From: a bacterium
Lineage (GTDB): Bacteria; Patescibacteriota; Patescibacteriia; JAGPKW01
Length of the DNA stretch: 64,000 nt
Direction of reading: 5' to 3'
NCBI GenBank assembly: GCA_021780535.1
Contig: JAJXYN010000009.1
Location: 150,538 to 214,537 of the forward strand
The translations under genes and the position numbers were made by a program. The notes beneath the pieces were generated by a model. It worked only from the letters and a program-made list of their open reading frames with translations. It made no database searches and was not told the DNA's origin. How positions within the stretch are numbered: position 1 is the stretch's first letter; each line of letters starts with the position of its first letter. Below, piece by piece: positions 12,325 to 23,405 of this stretch.

Positions 12325-14174
12325 GCTGCCTCACTAAAAATTTCTGTTTTTACTTCCTGTCTTTCTATATCTTTTTCTAAAATTAAATAAATAAAGTTGT
12401 TATATTTTATTGATCTTGTGATGCAATAACTATTTTTATTTATTTCGCTTTCCAGCAAATCTAGATTATTCTCCATAGCTTCTTTTGTTGTTTGTTCTTT
12501 AAATTCCAATATTTTAAAACCCTCTCCACCCAGAGATATTTCTATTTGTTTTATAATTTCTTCTTCTGTTGTTTTTCTAAATTTCCATTTTTTATTTTTT
12601 TGAACTTTTATATCAACTGTATTTTCTCTTCCTTTTTGTTGATTTTTATTGATTTTATTTATAACAAAATCATATGAAGGTTTTAAATACTCTTCACACA
12701 TCTCAATAAATGCATCTGCGTATATATCGTCTGTCTCTCTTTTAAAAACAGTATCTACTAAAGACTTTGCTATACCATAGCCATCAGACCTTGCACTATA
12801 ATGATTTGCGAATTTTACTCTTTCTTCTTTTTTTGTAAAAGTAAAAAATACTATAATCTTATATTTTCCTTCTTTGTTTTTTAATTTATATTGAAATATC
12901 TCTGAATTATTACCACCAAATAATATTTTATCAATTAGAGTATTTAATAATTCTTTAATTTCTATAGATGAGTGTTTTTTTGAAAAACTATTATAACAAA
13001 TACTTAACATTTCTATTACCTCCTCTATTTTGTCCTTTTCTTCTTGACTAAGCTCTTCTTTAAAATGTTCTTTTATAAAATTATCTGGGTTCAAGAATGG
13101 GTTCTTTTTTAAATCTATATCATTTATAATTTGTTTTAAATAATTTGATAGTTTATTTTTAATTTCATTTTTATTTATCTCCTTAGAAAATTCTACCGAT
13201 GTTTGAGATATAAAATCAACGCCCTCTAATTCATTGAAATCTATATCGACACCACTTTGTCTCATGGTTTTGTACACATTACCCCGAAATTCTATTTCGG
13301 CTTCATATTTTTTTAATAAGCTTTGTATTTTATATATATCTTTTTTTTCTACAGATTCAGAAAATTCTAATAATATATTTGCACCTTTTCTTAGAATATT
13401 TTTAACTATATTATTTATTTGTTCATCTTTTAATTCTATTTTTTTATCTTTAAATATGCTTTGTAATTCTTCTCTGATATTTTCTGCTCTATCTATTAAA
13501 TTTGAATATATTTCAAATATTTCATCTGCATTTTCTAGTTCGCCTAATTCTAATATTTTATCCCCAAATTGTTCCCCTAATTCGTCTAGAGATAAGAAGG
13601 TTTTAAATCTTAAATTTTTATTTACATTTAAATAATCTTTATTTTGATATTTTAAAAATTTTTTTAATTTAAAATAATCATTTGAAAAATAATTTTCTCT
13701 GCTTTTTTTAAAAAAATTTAGAAATTGAACTTGCGTTTCTATACTGTGCAACCTTAATTTTATACCAAGTTCTTTTTCGGCAAAAATAAAAATTCTCAGA
13801 TCATAAAGCTCTTTTATCTTTTCTTCTTTTATTTTCTTAACAACAACTTTATGATTTGTATGAAGATCTGAAAAGTATTTTTGTTTATACTTACTACTTA
13901 AATTTGGTATATAAGTATAGAAAATTGGTTCATTGTCTTTATATAAAATTAAAATATTATTGTTCACTAAAACCGGGAAATCATAATCAAATTTTTCTTG
14001 AAGTTCTTTATCTTCACAAAAAATTTTTGCATCTTTAATAAATTCTTTACTAAGTGGAATCTCTAAAAAATTTTGGAAATTTTCCATACTAAAATAAGAT
14101 GCTAATGATCCATAATTTAAATCATCAATATCATTATCAATGTTATCAATTTTTACTTTTGAGAATTTTTCCAT
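12321..14174 (-). CDS. Large hypothetical protein
   Basis: 617-aa ORF with CPR-like ends (MEKF...EAA). Confidence 0.7.
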   Translation of the reverse strand: MEKFSKVKIDNIDNDIDDLNYGSLASYFSMENFQNFLEIPLSKEFIKDAKIFCEDKELQEKFDYDFPVLVNNNILILYKDNEPIFYTYIPNLSSKYKQKYFSDLHTNHKVVVKKIKEEKIKELYDLRIFIFAEKELGIKLRLHSIETQVQFLNFFKKSRENYFSNDYFKLKKFLKYQNKDYLNVNKNLRFKTFLSLDELGEQFGDKILELGELENADEIFEIYSNLIDRAENIREELQSIFKDKKIELKDEQINNIVKNILRKGANILLEFSESVEKKDIYKIQSLLKKYEAEIEFRGNVYKTMRQSGVDIDFNELEGVDFISQTSVEFSKEINKNEIKNKLSNYLKQIINDIDLKKNPFLNPDNFIKEHFKEELSQEEKDKIEEVIEMLSICYNSFSKKHSSIEIKELLNTLIDKILFGGNNSEIFQYKLKNKEGKYKIIVFFTFTKKEERVKFANHYSARSDGYGIAKSLVDTVFKRETDDIYADAFIEMCEEYLKPSYDFVINKINKNQQKGRENTVDIKVQKNKKWKFRKTTEEEIIKQIEISLGGEGFKILEFKEQTTKEAMENNLDLLESEINKNSYCITRSIKYNNFIYLILEKDIERQEVKTEIFSEAA

Positions 14175-14350
14175 ATTTATTTATATTATTCACATTCTAT
14201 CATAAAATCACAATCTTTTTAACTTATATACTTATCCACAGAAAAATTAATTAGAAATTAATAGGTACTCTGCTAGAATACATCTATTATAATTTTCATT
14301 AGGTGTCAGGCGTGCCAGACACCTACAAAAGAATAATTAAATTATTATTT

Positions 14351-16111
14351 ATGCTAACAAAAGCTATTGAAACTTTACAAAATTATTTTGGATATTCTGT
14401 TTTTCGTCCCGGGCAAACTGAGGTTGTTCTTAGTATTTTAGAGAAAAAAAATACTATTGCTATTATGCCTACTGGTGCTGGTAAGTCTATTTGCTATCAA
14501 ATTCCAGCTCTATGCTTTGATGGTGTTACTATTGTTATATCTCCTCTTATTGCTCTAATGAAAGATCAAGTTGATACTTTAATATCTAAAAATATCCCTG
14601 CTACTTTTATCAATAGTTCATTATCTCTTGAGGAAGTTGTTTGTAGAATTGAGGGTATTAAAAGTGGACTTTATAAGATTATTTATGTTGCCCCAGAAAG
14701 ACTTACTAATCCTTATTTTATAAACGACTTGAAACAATGTAATATTTCTATGATAGCCGTGGATGAAGCTCATTGTATTTCACAATGGGGACATGATTTT
14801 CGCCCTTCTTATACTAAAATTAAATCTTCTATTGATAAAATTGCTGAAGGAAAAGAAATGCCTGTTATCGTAGCTCTTACTGCCACTGCCACTATTGAAG
14901 TTAAAGAAGATATTATTAAACAATTACAAGTAACGGATCCTAATATTTTTGTTTCTGGTTTTAAAAGAGATAATCTTGAAATTATTTGCGTGAATACAAA
15001 GAATGACACTGATAAAATCACTAAAATTATAAATATTTCAAAAAAAATATCTGGCCCAAAACTTATTTATGCAACAACCAGAAAAAGTGTTGAGGATATT
15101 TTTGAAAATTTAATTACAAGTGGTATTCCAACTTTACAATATCACGCTGGAATGACACCAGAAGAAAGAAAAGTTGCTCAAGATGTTTTTCTTAGTGGTA
15201 GATGTAATTGTATGGTATCTACTAATGCTTTTGGTATGGGTATTGATAAATCCGATATTAGATTAATAATACATTGTAACATGCCTGGATCTATTGAGGC
15301 TTATTATCAAGAAATTGGACGTGCTGGTCGTGATGGTAAAAAAAGCTCTTGTGTTCTTCTTTATGGGACATACGACAGATATACACATGAATTTTTTATT
15401 AATAACGAAAACCCTTCAAAAAAAAATATTGAGGAAGTATATTTTGTCTTGCTTAATAAATCTATGGCTGATAATAAAGATGAAGTATCTATCACTACAA
15501 GTGAAATAATGTGTGGTGTTAGTGAGAGTATAAGCGATATGGCGCTATCATCATGTCTTAAAGAACTTGAAAAACATGAATTAATAAAAAGATTGGGTGA
15601 TGCAAATAGCGAAATAAAAATAAAAATACTTGATACTTTTGATAATCAAATAAAAAAAATTAGTTCTAGAGCAAAAACTCAACAAGAATTTCTTATTACA
15701 TTGAGGCGTGAATTTGAATTAGAAAATAAAGATCAAGAAATTGAATTTGAATTAGAAAAATTTGTAGAAAAAATTGGCATAACTAGAGATAATATTTTGA
15801 GAACTATTAATGTTTTGAACAAAGCTGGAATTATAGAATATACACCAGCTAAAAAAGGAAGACTTATTAAAATTCTTAAAAAAGAAATTATTCTTGGACT
15901 TAATGATGAAGATTTAGAAGATAAGAAAGAGAGAGCTTTAACAAAATTAAATGTTATGGAAGAGTATTGTTTATCAAGTGTTTGTCGTCATAAATTTATT
16001 CTTGGTTATTTTGGAGATAATTTAGAACATGTTGAAGATGATTGTTTTATGTGTGATAATTGTCTTAAAAAAAGAATAAAAAAAAATAGTGATAGTAAAT
16101 CTCCGTTTTAA
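14351..16111 (+). CDS. recQ: RecQ-family ATP-dependent DNA helicase
   Basis: MPTGAGKSICYQ, VDEAHCISQWGHDFRP, QEIGRAGRDG, Zn-binding CRH...CFMCDNC; ATG at 14351. Confidence 0.93.
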   Translation: MLTKAIETLQNYFGYSVFRPGQTEVVLSILEKKNTIAIMPTGAGKSICYQIPALCFDGVTIVISPLIALMKDQVDTLISKNIPATFINSSLSLEEVVCRIEGIKSGLYKIIYVAPERLTNPYFINDLKQCNISMIAVDEAHCISQWGHDFRPSYTKIKSSIDKIAEGKEMPVIVALTATATIEVKEDIIKQLQVTDPNIFVSGFKRDNLEIICVNTKNDTDKITKIINISKKISGPKLIYATTRKSVEDIFENLITSGIPTLQYHAGMTPEERKVAQDVFLSGRCNCMVSTNAFGMGIDKSDIRLIIHCNMPGSIEAYYQEIGRAGRDGKKSSCVLLYGTYDRYTHEFFINNENPSKKNIEEVYFVLLNKSMADNKDEVSITTSEIMCGVSESISDMALSSCLKELEKHELIKRLGDANSEIKIKILDTFDNQIKKISSRAKTQQEFLITLRREFELENKDQEIEFELEKFVEKIGITRDNILRTINVLNKAGIIEYTPAKKGRLIKILKKEIILGLNDEDLEDKKERALTKLNVMEEYCLSSVCRHKFILGYFGDNLEHVEDDCFMCDNCLKKRIKKNSDSKSPF

Positions 16112-16646
16112 TATTTTATTTTAATAACCATATTATTTATAAAATTATATATTATATTGTTTGATAAATAATATAATATAATTGCATATATCAAATCTAG
16201 ATAAACAACGCTTAACCATTGAAATATATACAATATTATTACAAAAGGATAACCTATTATTGCTAATGGATTTTTAAATATATTTTTGTTTGTATCATGA
16301 AATAAATTTTTTGCGTCTTGTTTACTTGGAAAACAATTTATTGCTGTTGATATTCCTAACCATATTAAAATTATTGCTAAATTTCTATTTTCAAAAAATA
16401 TATTTTTTGAAATTGTAAATAAAATTATTGATAATATTGTCCCAAAAATAAATGGTCCCGTTGATATTAATAATCCTTGTAAAAATCTTTTTGGCTTTTC
16501 ATGTTCTACATATCCTGATGGATTTCCAAATCTAAAATAACAAACTTTAAAAACTCTAACTCCGGTTAAGTGACAAAATATTTGATGACCTAATTCATGA
16601 AATATTACTCCAGGGAATGATAATAAATATATAATTTTCTTAACAT
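16108..16646 (-). pseudogene. Membrane zinc metalloprotease (HExxH, M50/DUF3267-like), frameshifted near the start
   Basis: Manual translation: ...LLSFPGVIFHELGHQIFCHLTGVRV...GYVEHE...GPF...FPSKQDA, open to TAA at 16108; ATG at 16646 is one base out of frame. Confidence 0.75.
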
Positions 16647-16704
16647 TTTAATATTATTTAAAATACAATATAATTATCATATCATAAATTGTTTTATAAT
16701 AAAT

Positions 16705-17289
16705 ATGACAAAATTATTTTTAAAAAAATTAAATATTTTAAAACAACATGGAATTGAAAATAAAATTCCAAATATTTCTTATGAAATTGGAATGTTTTTA
16801 AATATGATTATTAAAAATAAAAATATTAAAAATGTCTTAGAGATTGGGACTGCAAATGGTTATTCTACTATATGGATGGCTGAAGCATTAAAAGCAACTG
16901 GTGGCATGATAACAACTTTTGAAATTTCTATCCCATCTTATAAAGAGGCTCAAGAAAACTTTAAGAAATTTAAATTAAATAAATATATTGATTCTATATT
17001 CGAAGATTTTTTAAAGGAGGATAAAATATTAAAAAATAAAAATATTAAAAAGTTTGATCTTATTTTTATTGATGGACAAAAAAATAAAACTTTAGATTTT
17101 TTTAATAAAGCTAAAAAATTATTAAAAGATGGTGGAATTATTATTGTTGATGATGTTATAAAATTTAAAAACAAAATGTCTGAATTTTATAAATATATTG
17201 AAAAGCAAAATAAATTTTATTATATTATTTTACCTATTGATATTGATGATGGAATTATGATGATAATAAATAAAAAATTGCATAAATAA
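16705..17289 (+). CDS. Class I SAM-dependent O-methyltransferase (YrrM/TrmR-like)
   Basis: VLEIGTANGYSTIW, FDLIFIDG, GGIIIVDD. Confidence 0.88.
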   Translation: MTKLFLKKLNILKQHGIENKIPNISYEIGMFLNMIIKNKNIKNVLEIGTANGYSTIWMAEALKATGGMITTFEISIPSYKEAQENFKKFKLNKYIDSIFEDFLKEDKILKNKNIKKFDLIFIDGQKNKTLDFFNKAKKLLKDGGIIIVDDVIKFKNKMSEFYKYIEKQNKFYYIILPIDIDDGIMMIINKKLHK

Positions 17290-17317
17290 AAAATACGGAA
17301 AAATTATTCCGCAGTTT

Positions 17318-17605
17318 TTATTTATTTTGTTTTGCTAATTCTTGTATTTCTCTAATTTTCTCTTCATTTTTTTTTGCTATATAAAAAACAAATTCCCCGA
17401 ATTTATCTTCTTCTTGCAACATGTAATTACCTGTTTCGCAAGCTTCTGTTGGATTTTCTAGACATTCTTCTTGTGATGGTTTGAAATATGATTCATAAAC
17501 AAATCTTACATCTTCTGAAGATAAATTTAAAATCTCTGATGCTTTTTTATAAACTTCTTTTCTACTTATTTCACCGTCTTTATATTTTTTGTATATTGAT
17601 TCCAT
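17318..17605 (-). CDS. Hypothetical protein
   Basis: 95-aa ORF with normal composition, followed by a hairpin at ~17290-17318. Confidence 0.6.
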   Translation of the reverse strand: MESIYKKYKDGEISRKEVYKKASEILNLSSEDVRFVYESYFKPSQEECLENPTEACETGNYMLQEEDKFGEFVFYIAKKNEEKIREIQELAKQNK

Positions 17606-17679
17606 ATTAATTTAAGTTAAAATTTATTTTTCACACTTAGTGTCAAATAAATTAATCTGACATTTATGTTTAGTATATA

Positions 17680-20184
17680 TTATATTACGAAATTTATCAT
17701 CTTATTTTTTACAAATATTATTTTCTTAATATTTTGTCCTTCTAAATATGAAATTAATTTTGTATGATGCACATCTACATTGCCTACAGAATCAACTTTA
17801 ATTTGTAATGCTTCCAAAATATCATCTTGTGTTTTATCTTTATTTATTTTTATTATATCTCTCATTTTTCCATTTATAGAAACTACAAAATTAATATCTT
17901 CTTCTTGTATTAATTCTTCATTGTATTTTGGCCAAGTAGAGATATGTATTGATTGATTGTTTGGGTTTATATTATTCCAAATTTCTTCTGTAATATGAGG
18001 CGCAAATGGTGCAAGTAATTGTAAATAAGTTTTAAATAAATTTTTGCTTATTTTTTCTTTTGAAGAAATATGATTTAAAAGAATCATTAATTGAGCAAGG
18101 GCTGTGTGATATGATACATTCTCTATGTCTTCTCCTACTTTTTTAATTGTTTTATGCAATAATGTTATCGTTTCTTTATCGTCGTCATCGCTAGAGATTT
18201 CTTTATCTTGAAGTAACCAAACTCTGTTTATAAACCTATTTACACCATTTATAGCTGTTGTTGACCAAATTCCACCTTCACTATAAGGTCCCATAAACAT
18301 TATATAAGTTCTCATTGTATCTGCTCCATATTGTTCTATAACATCATCTGGATTAATAACATTACCCCATCTTTTACTCATTTTTCTTCCATCTTCTCCA
18401 GCTATAAGACCGTGCTGAACTCTTCTTTTATAAGGTTCAGAAACCGAAACAACTCCTGCATCATACAATACCTTATTCCAAAATCTTGAATAAAGTAGAT
18501 GAACTGTTGTATGCTCTGCCCCACCAAAATATATGTCAACTGGCATGAAATGTTTTAATTTTTCTTGAGATGCTAAAGCTTTATCATTTTTTGGGTCTAT
18601 ATACCTCAAAAAATACCATGAAGACCCTGCCCATTGTGGCATTGTATTTGTTTCACGCTTTGCTCCACAACCACATTTTGGACAAGTTGTATTTACCCAA
18701 GAATCTATTGCCGCAAGTGGAGAATCCCCAGTCCCAGTTGGTTCATAATTTTCAACTTCTGGCAATAATAGCGGTAATTCATTTTCTGGAACTGGAACGT
18801 TGCCACATTTTTCACAATGAACTATCGGAATAGGTTCACCCCAATATCTTTGTCTTGAAAATAACCAATCTCTGAATTTATAATTTATTTTTCTTTTACC
18901 AAATCCTTCTTTTTCTGCTTTTTCTAACATAATTCTTCTTGCTTGCTCTGATGTCAAACCATTAAATTCTTTTCCGGAATTACAAACTCTTCCATCATAG
19001 TTTCCAGCCGACATCTCACTTAATAATTTCTCATCTTCTGATAATTCAAAATAATTACTATCTATTGATCCAGTTTTTTTTGAAATAACGATTTTGCTTT
19101 TTAAATTATATTTTTTAGCAAACTCCATATCCCTTTCATCATGTGCTGGTACTGCCATTACAGCTCCTGTTCCATAAGAACCTAAAACATAATCAGCAAC
19201 CCATATTTCTAACTTTTCATTATTAAATGGGTTTATTGCAAATATTCCTTCAAGTTTTACTCCTGATTTATCTTTATTTAAATCTGTTCTTTCTAAATCT
19301 TTTTTATTTTTTGCTATTTCAATATATTTTTCTACTTCAGAAATATTTGTTATTGACGATTTTAGATTATCAATAATTTTATTTTCTGGAGCCAAAACAA
19401 CATATGTACAACCAAAAATAGTATCCAAACGTGTTGTAAATACTGTTATTTTTTCCGCCTTTGCCAAGGCTTCGGCGGACACGTTAAATTCTATTTCGAC
19501 ACCCTCTGATTTTCCTATCCAATTTTTCTGACTTGTTTTTATATATTCTGGCCAATTTACATCATCTAAATCTTTTATCAATCTTTCTGCGTATTCTGTA
19601 ATCTTAAGAAACCATTGTTTCATATTTCTTTGTTCTACGTTACTATCGCATCTTTCACATTTTCCATTTATAACTTCCTCATTTGCAAGGCCAGTCTTGC
19701 ATGATGGGCACCAATTAATAGGAGCTTCTTTTTCGTAAGCAAGCCCCATTTCAAATAATTTTAAAAATATCCATTGAGTCCATTTATAATATTTTGGATC
19801 TGTTGTGTCTATTGTTCTTGACCAATCAAAAGAACATCCGAATTTCTTAATTTGTTTTATAAAATTATTTATATTTTCTTGTGTAAATTCACTTGGATGT
19901 TTTTTGTTTTTTATTGCAAAGTTTTCTGCTGGTAATCCAAAAGCGTCAAAACCCATTGGAATTAAAACATTATAACCATTCATTCTTTTGTATCTAGCAT
20001 AAACATCTACTGCGTTATGCCCTTTTGCATGACCAACGTGCACACCTGTTCCAGATGGATAAGGAAATTCAACCAATGTATAAAATTTTTTCTTTGTTAA
20101 ATCGTCAGATGTTTTATATATTTCTTGTTTCTCCCACTCTTCTTGCCATTTTTTTTCTATTTTTTTATGATCGTATTTTTTCAT
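17680..20184 (-). CDS. leuS: Leucyl-tRNA synthetase
   Basis: FPYPSG..HVGH (HIGH), KMSKR (KMSKS), editing domain YGTGAVMAVPAHDERD, SRQRYWG. Confidence 0.98.
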   Translation of the reverse strand: MKKYDHKKIEKKWQEEWEKQEIYKTSDDLTKKKFYTLVEFPYPSGTGVHVGHAKGHNAVDVYARYKRMNGYNVLIPMGFDAFGLPAENFAIKNKKHPSEFTQENINNFIKQIKKFGCSFDWSRTIDTTDPKYYKWTQWIFLKLFEMGLAYEKEAPINWCPSCKTGLANEEVINGKCERCDSNVEQRNMKQWFLKITEYAERLIKDLDDVNWPEYIKTSQKNWIGKSEGVEIEFNVSAEALAKAEKITVFTTRLDTIFGCTYVVLAPENKIIDNLKSSITNISEVEKYIEIAKNKKDLERTDLNKDKSGVKLEGIFAINPFNNEKLEIWVADYVLGSYGTGAVMAVPAHDERDMEFAKKYNLKSKIVISKKTGSIDSNYFELSEDEKLLSEMSAGNYDGRVCNSGKEFNGLTSEQARRIMLEKAEKEGFGKRKINYKFRDWLFSRQRYWGEPIPIVHCEKCGNVPVPENELPLLLPEVENYEPTGTGDSPLAAIDSWVNTTCPKCGCGAKRETNTMPQWAGSSWYFLRYIDPKNDKALASQEKLKHFMPVDIYFGGAEHTTVHLLYSRFWNKVLYDAGVVSVSEPYKRRVQHGLIAGEDGRKMSKRWGNVINPDDVIEQYGADTMRTYIMFMGPYSEGGIWSTTAINGVNRFINRVWLLQDKEISSDDDDKETITLLHKTIKKVGEDIENVSYHTALAQLMILLNHISSKEKISKNLFKTYLQLLAPFAPHITEEIWNNINPNNQSIHISTWPKYNEELIQEEDINFVVSINGKMRDIIKINKDKTQDDILEALQIKVDSVGNVDVHHTKLISYLEGQNIKKIIFVKNKMINFVI
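19454..19479 (+). repeat. REP-like hairpin inserted in frame in leuS
   Basis: tccgcctttgccaaggcttcggcgga; encodes SAEALAKAE on the minus strand. Confidence 0.8.
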
Positions 20185-20285
20185 ATTTTATTGTATTAAG
20201 CATTAGACCTAAATATAGTATTTTATTGTATTAAGGTTATCAAGTATTGCTTTTTTTTTCAAGAAAATGTTAAAAATTTAAAATA

Positions 20286-20312
20286 TAAAAAACGCGATTT
20301 ACTGCGTTTTTA
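20286..20312 (-). terminator. Intrinsic terminator after porB
   Basis: aaaaacgc-gatttact-gcgttttt. Confidence 0.65.
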
Positions 20313-20329
20313 TATTTTATATGTTTATT

Positions 20330-21298
20330 TTATCTGTTTGTAAATTCAACTAAATCTTGTAATTTTTGCCATTCTTGATTTACTGTTTGTTGGATTTCTT
20401 CAATTATTTTTTTAGAATTTTCATCTTTAAATAAATGCTTAAATCTGGCTTGTCTTTTTAAAAATTCCTCAACTGGTTTTGGTGTTGCTGGTTTATAATT
20501 TAATTTATATTTTCCATCTTCTACTTCATATAATGGCCAAAAATTAGTTTCCGTAGCAAGTTTTCCTATCTCCACACCATCGCCATCTTCAAATTGCCAA
20601 TTACTAATACATGGAGAATATACAAGTATTAATTTTGGTCCTTTTATAGAAAAAGCTTTTTCTGCTTTGTTATAAAGATCTACTAAATTATAAGCTGAAG
20701 CTTGTGCAACATATTTTATATTATGAGCTAATGCTATTTTAATAAGATCTTTTCTTTTTTCTTCTTTTCCTGCTAAATGAGCCTTCCCTGATGGTGCTGT
20801 TGAAGCTGCTGCTCCAAACGGAGTTGCAGAAGATCTTTGATTACCTGTATTCATATAAGCACCATTATCATAACAAACATAAAGAAAATCATGCCCTCTT
20901 TCTAATGCTCCTGATAAAGATTGTAATCCTATATCATAAGTTCCACCATCACCACCAAACGCAACAAACTTTATATCTTTCCCTTTTATTTTATCTTTTA
21001 ATTCAGAGTGAACATTATCTTTTTGAAGGTATCTATATGCTGACTCTAATCCTGTTGTTGTGGCTGCTGAATTTGCAAAAGCATTATGCATAAATGGAAC
21101 ACCCCAAGATGAATATGGATATATAGTTGAAGTAACTTCTAAACAACCTGTTGCTGATGTTGTTACAACATCTTTCCCAGCTGCTGCAAGCACCGTTCTA
21201 ATAATTGGAGGGAATGAACATCCAGCACACCATCTTCCGCCCTCCACAAGAGATTCTTGTTCTTTTATTTTTAATGCTAAATCTTTTGGAGTTATCAT
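20330..21298 (-). CDS. porB: Pyruvate:ferredoxin oxidoreductase beta subunit
   Basis: CAGC, ATGCLEV, TPP motif GGDGGTYDIG...YDNGAYMNTG. Confidence 0.93.
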   Translation of the reverse strand: MITPKDLALKIKEQESLVEGGRWCAGCSFPPIIRTVLAAAGKDVVTTSATGCLEVTSTIYPYSSWGVPFMHNAFANSAATTTGLESAYRYLQKDNVHSELKDKIKGKDIKFVAFGGDGGTYDIGLQSLSGALERGHDFLYVCYDNGAYMNTGNQRSSATPFGAAASTAPSGKAHLAGKEEKRKDLIKIALAHNIKYVAQASAYNLVDLYNKAEKAFSIKGPKLILVYSPCISNWQFEDGDGVEIGKLATETNFWPLYEVEDGKYKLNYKPATPKPVEEFLKRQARFKHLFKDENSKKIIEEIQQTVNQEWQKLQDLVEFTNR

Positions 21299-21313
21299 AT
21301 TTTTTTTATTATT

Positions 21314-22486
21314 TTATTTTCTTAATCCAATATATTCTGTTTTATTTTCTTTGACCTTTCCTTTTAAAAGACTTTCAAATACTTCTTCTATATCTTTTTG
21401 TATTATATCTCTTCCGCCAAGACCGAATACATATGATTGAATTTTTGGAATTTTATTTAATGAAGATACTGAAAGCTTAATATCTGTATATAATGGTGGC
21501 ATAGCACCTCTACTTAAAGCTCTATCTAATACTGCTATATTATTTAAATTAAAATGATTCAATGCTTTTGCAATAGCCTCATATGGAAATGGTCTATATA
21601 ATTTTATATTTAATAATCCAACTTTTTTACCTTCATTTCTCATTCTATCTATAACTTCTTTTGTTGTCCCAGATGTTGAGCTAGATACAATTATAGCAAC
21701 CTCTGCATCTTCTAGTTTATATTCTTCAAATAATTCATATTTTGTTCCTGTTAATTTTTCTAATTCTTTTCCTATTTTTAAATATTCTTCAAAAACACTC
21801 TCAATTGCTATAGTTCCTTGATATTGTGTTTCAAAATAATAATCTTGTAATTGAATTGGGCCAACTGTTTTTGGATAGTCAGTATTAATTAATGGATTAT
21901 TAGGTTTATATTCTCCTATAAATTTTTTAGCTGATACATCATCTAATATATCAACTCTTTCTACTGAATGAGATGTTATAAAACCATCTTGTAAAACCAT
22001 CACTGGCAAACTTACTTTTTCTGCTAATCTTATGGCAAGTAATGTATTTTCGTAAGCTTCTTGGGCTGTTTCGCAAAATAAATGAATCCAACCAAGATCT
22101 CTGCAATACATTGAATCTGCATGATCACAATGAATATTAATAGGAGCTCCCAATGCTCTATTTGTTACTGGCATAACTATTGGGAGTCTAAGTCCAGCAG
22201 TTGCTCCTACAACTTCCCACATATATGCTAAACCTTGAGAAGATGTAGCTGTCATTGCTCTAACTCCAGCTGCTTGCGCACCCATTACAATAGACATAGC
22301 TGAATGTTCCGATTCTGATCTAACCAATTCTGTATCTACTACTCCATTTGCGTAGTATTCTGAATATTTTTCTACTATTGGCGTTTGAGGCGTTATTGGA
22401 AATAACGCTACAACACCAGGATTTATTTGGCGCATCGCCTCAGCAACTGCATGTGCACCTGTTAATGCTAATGTTATTTTTGACAT
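21314..22486 (-). CDS. porA: Pyruvate:ferredoxin oxidoreductase alpha subunit
   Basis: FPITPQT, ESEHSAMS, TATSSQGL, NRALGAPINIHCDH. Confidence 0.93.
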   Translation of the reverse strand: MSKITLALTGAHAVAEAMRQINPGVVALFPITPQTPIVEKYSEYYANGVVDTELVRSESEHSAMSIVMGAQAAGVRAMTATSSQGLAYMWEVVGATAGLRLPIVMPVTNRALGAPINIHCDHADSMYCRDLGWIHLFCETAQEAYENTLLAIRLAEKVSLPVMVLQDGFITSHSVERVDILDDVSAKKFIGEYKPNNPLINTDYPKTVGPIQLQDYYFETQYQGTIAIESVFEEYLKIGKELEKLTGTKYELFEEYKLEDAEVAIIVSSSTSGTTKEVIDRMRNEGKKVGLLNIKLYRPFPYEAIAKALNHFNLNNIAVLDRALSRGAMPPLYTDIKLSVSSLNKIPKIQSYVFGLGGRDIIQKDIEEVFESLLKGKVKENKTEYIGLRK

Positions 22487-22501
22487 ATTAATTAATATAA
22501 T

Positions 22502-22801
22502 TTATTTATTATCTTCTTTTGTATCTGTTTCCATTTTTATACATTTTACTGGACAAACTTTTGAGCAAACAGAACAACCCTTACAATAATCCATATTGAT
22601 AGCACCTCTTTTTTTATCTTTTGTTATATCAATACATGATTCTGGGCAATTTATTACACACTGCGCACAGTGGATGCATTTTGATTCATCTATTACTGGT
22701 TTAAAAGTTCTCCAAGTTCCTGTTTTGAAATTTCTAGAAGATTTTGGAATATTTATTATTCCACCCTCTTCCATTTCGTGAGAAGTTTTTAATGTTGACA
22801 T
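22502..22801 (-). CDS. porD: PFOR delta subunit (2x[4Fe-4S])
   Basis: KTGTWRTFKP, CIHCAQCVINCP, YCKGCSVCSKVCP. Confidence 0.92.
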   Translation of the reverse strand: MSTLKTSHEMEEGGIINIPKSSRNFKTGTWRTFKPVIDESKCIHCAQCVINCPESCIDITKDKKRGAINMDYCKGCSVCSKVCPVKCIKMETDTKEDNK

Positions 22802-22818
22802 ATTTTATTAATTAATTT

Positions 22819-23373
22819 TTAAACAAGAGATTTAAAGCCCATATCTATAGCTTTTTGATTAGCATCAACTATCTCTTGACCTTTTCTAGCAAACTTTTGA
22901 GCCATATCTTCTTTTAATGCTTCTATTGTTATAAGTTTTGTAAACCTACACAAAGCTCCGACTACTGGAGAACCTGGCTTGTTTGAACCTATTGTTTCTA
23001 GAGATATTCTTGTTGCTGGAATTACATATAATTCACCTTTATAATTTTTTAATAGTGACAATATGGATTCTTTTGTTTTTTCAGTATTAACTATCAATAT
23101 AGACGTGTTCACCATACCTTCGGTAACATTCCCCGATAATAATAATGTCTCATCTAATACTATAGATATATCTGGACTTGAAATTGGTTCATGTAATCTT
23201 ATTGGCTTATTATCAATTCTAACAAAAGCCCTAAGTGGAGCTCCTGCTCTTTCTGGACCATATTCTGGGAAAGCTTGCATGTAATTATCTAATCTTAATG
23301 ATGTTTCTGCTATTATTTGAGCAAGAGATTTGCCCCCTAACCCACCTCTTGCATGTATTCTGATTTGTAACAT
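22819..23373 (-). CDS. porC: PFOR gamma subunit
   Basis: IRIHARGGLG, QAFPEYGPERAGAP. Confidence 0.92.
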   Translation of the reverse strand: MLQIRIHARGGLGGKSLAQIIAETSLRLDNYMQAFPEYGPERAGAPLRAFVRIDNKPIRLHEPISSPDISIVLDETLLLSGNVTEGMVNTSILIVNTEKTKESILSLLKNYKGELYVIPATRISLETIGSNKPGSPVVGALCRFTKLITIEALKEDMAQKFARKGQEIVDANQKAIDMGFKSLV

Positions 23374-23405
23374 TTTATTTTTAATTATTATTTAATAAAT
23401 CAAAA

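Noticed and set aside
14232-14240. DnaA box (ttatccaca) as a replication origin
   Set aside because: Isolated box upstream of recQ; no cluster and no dnaA context
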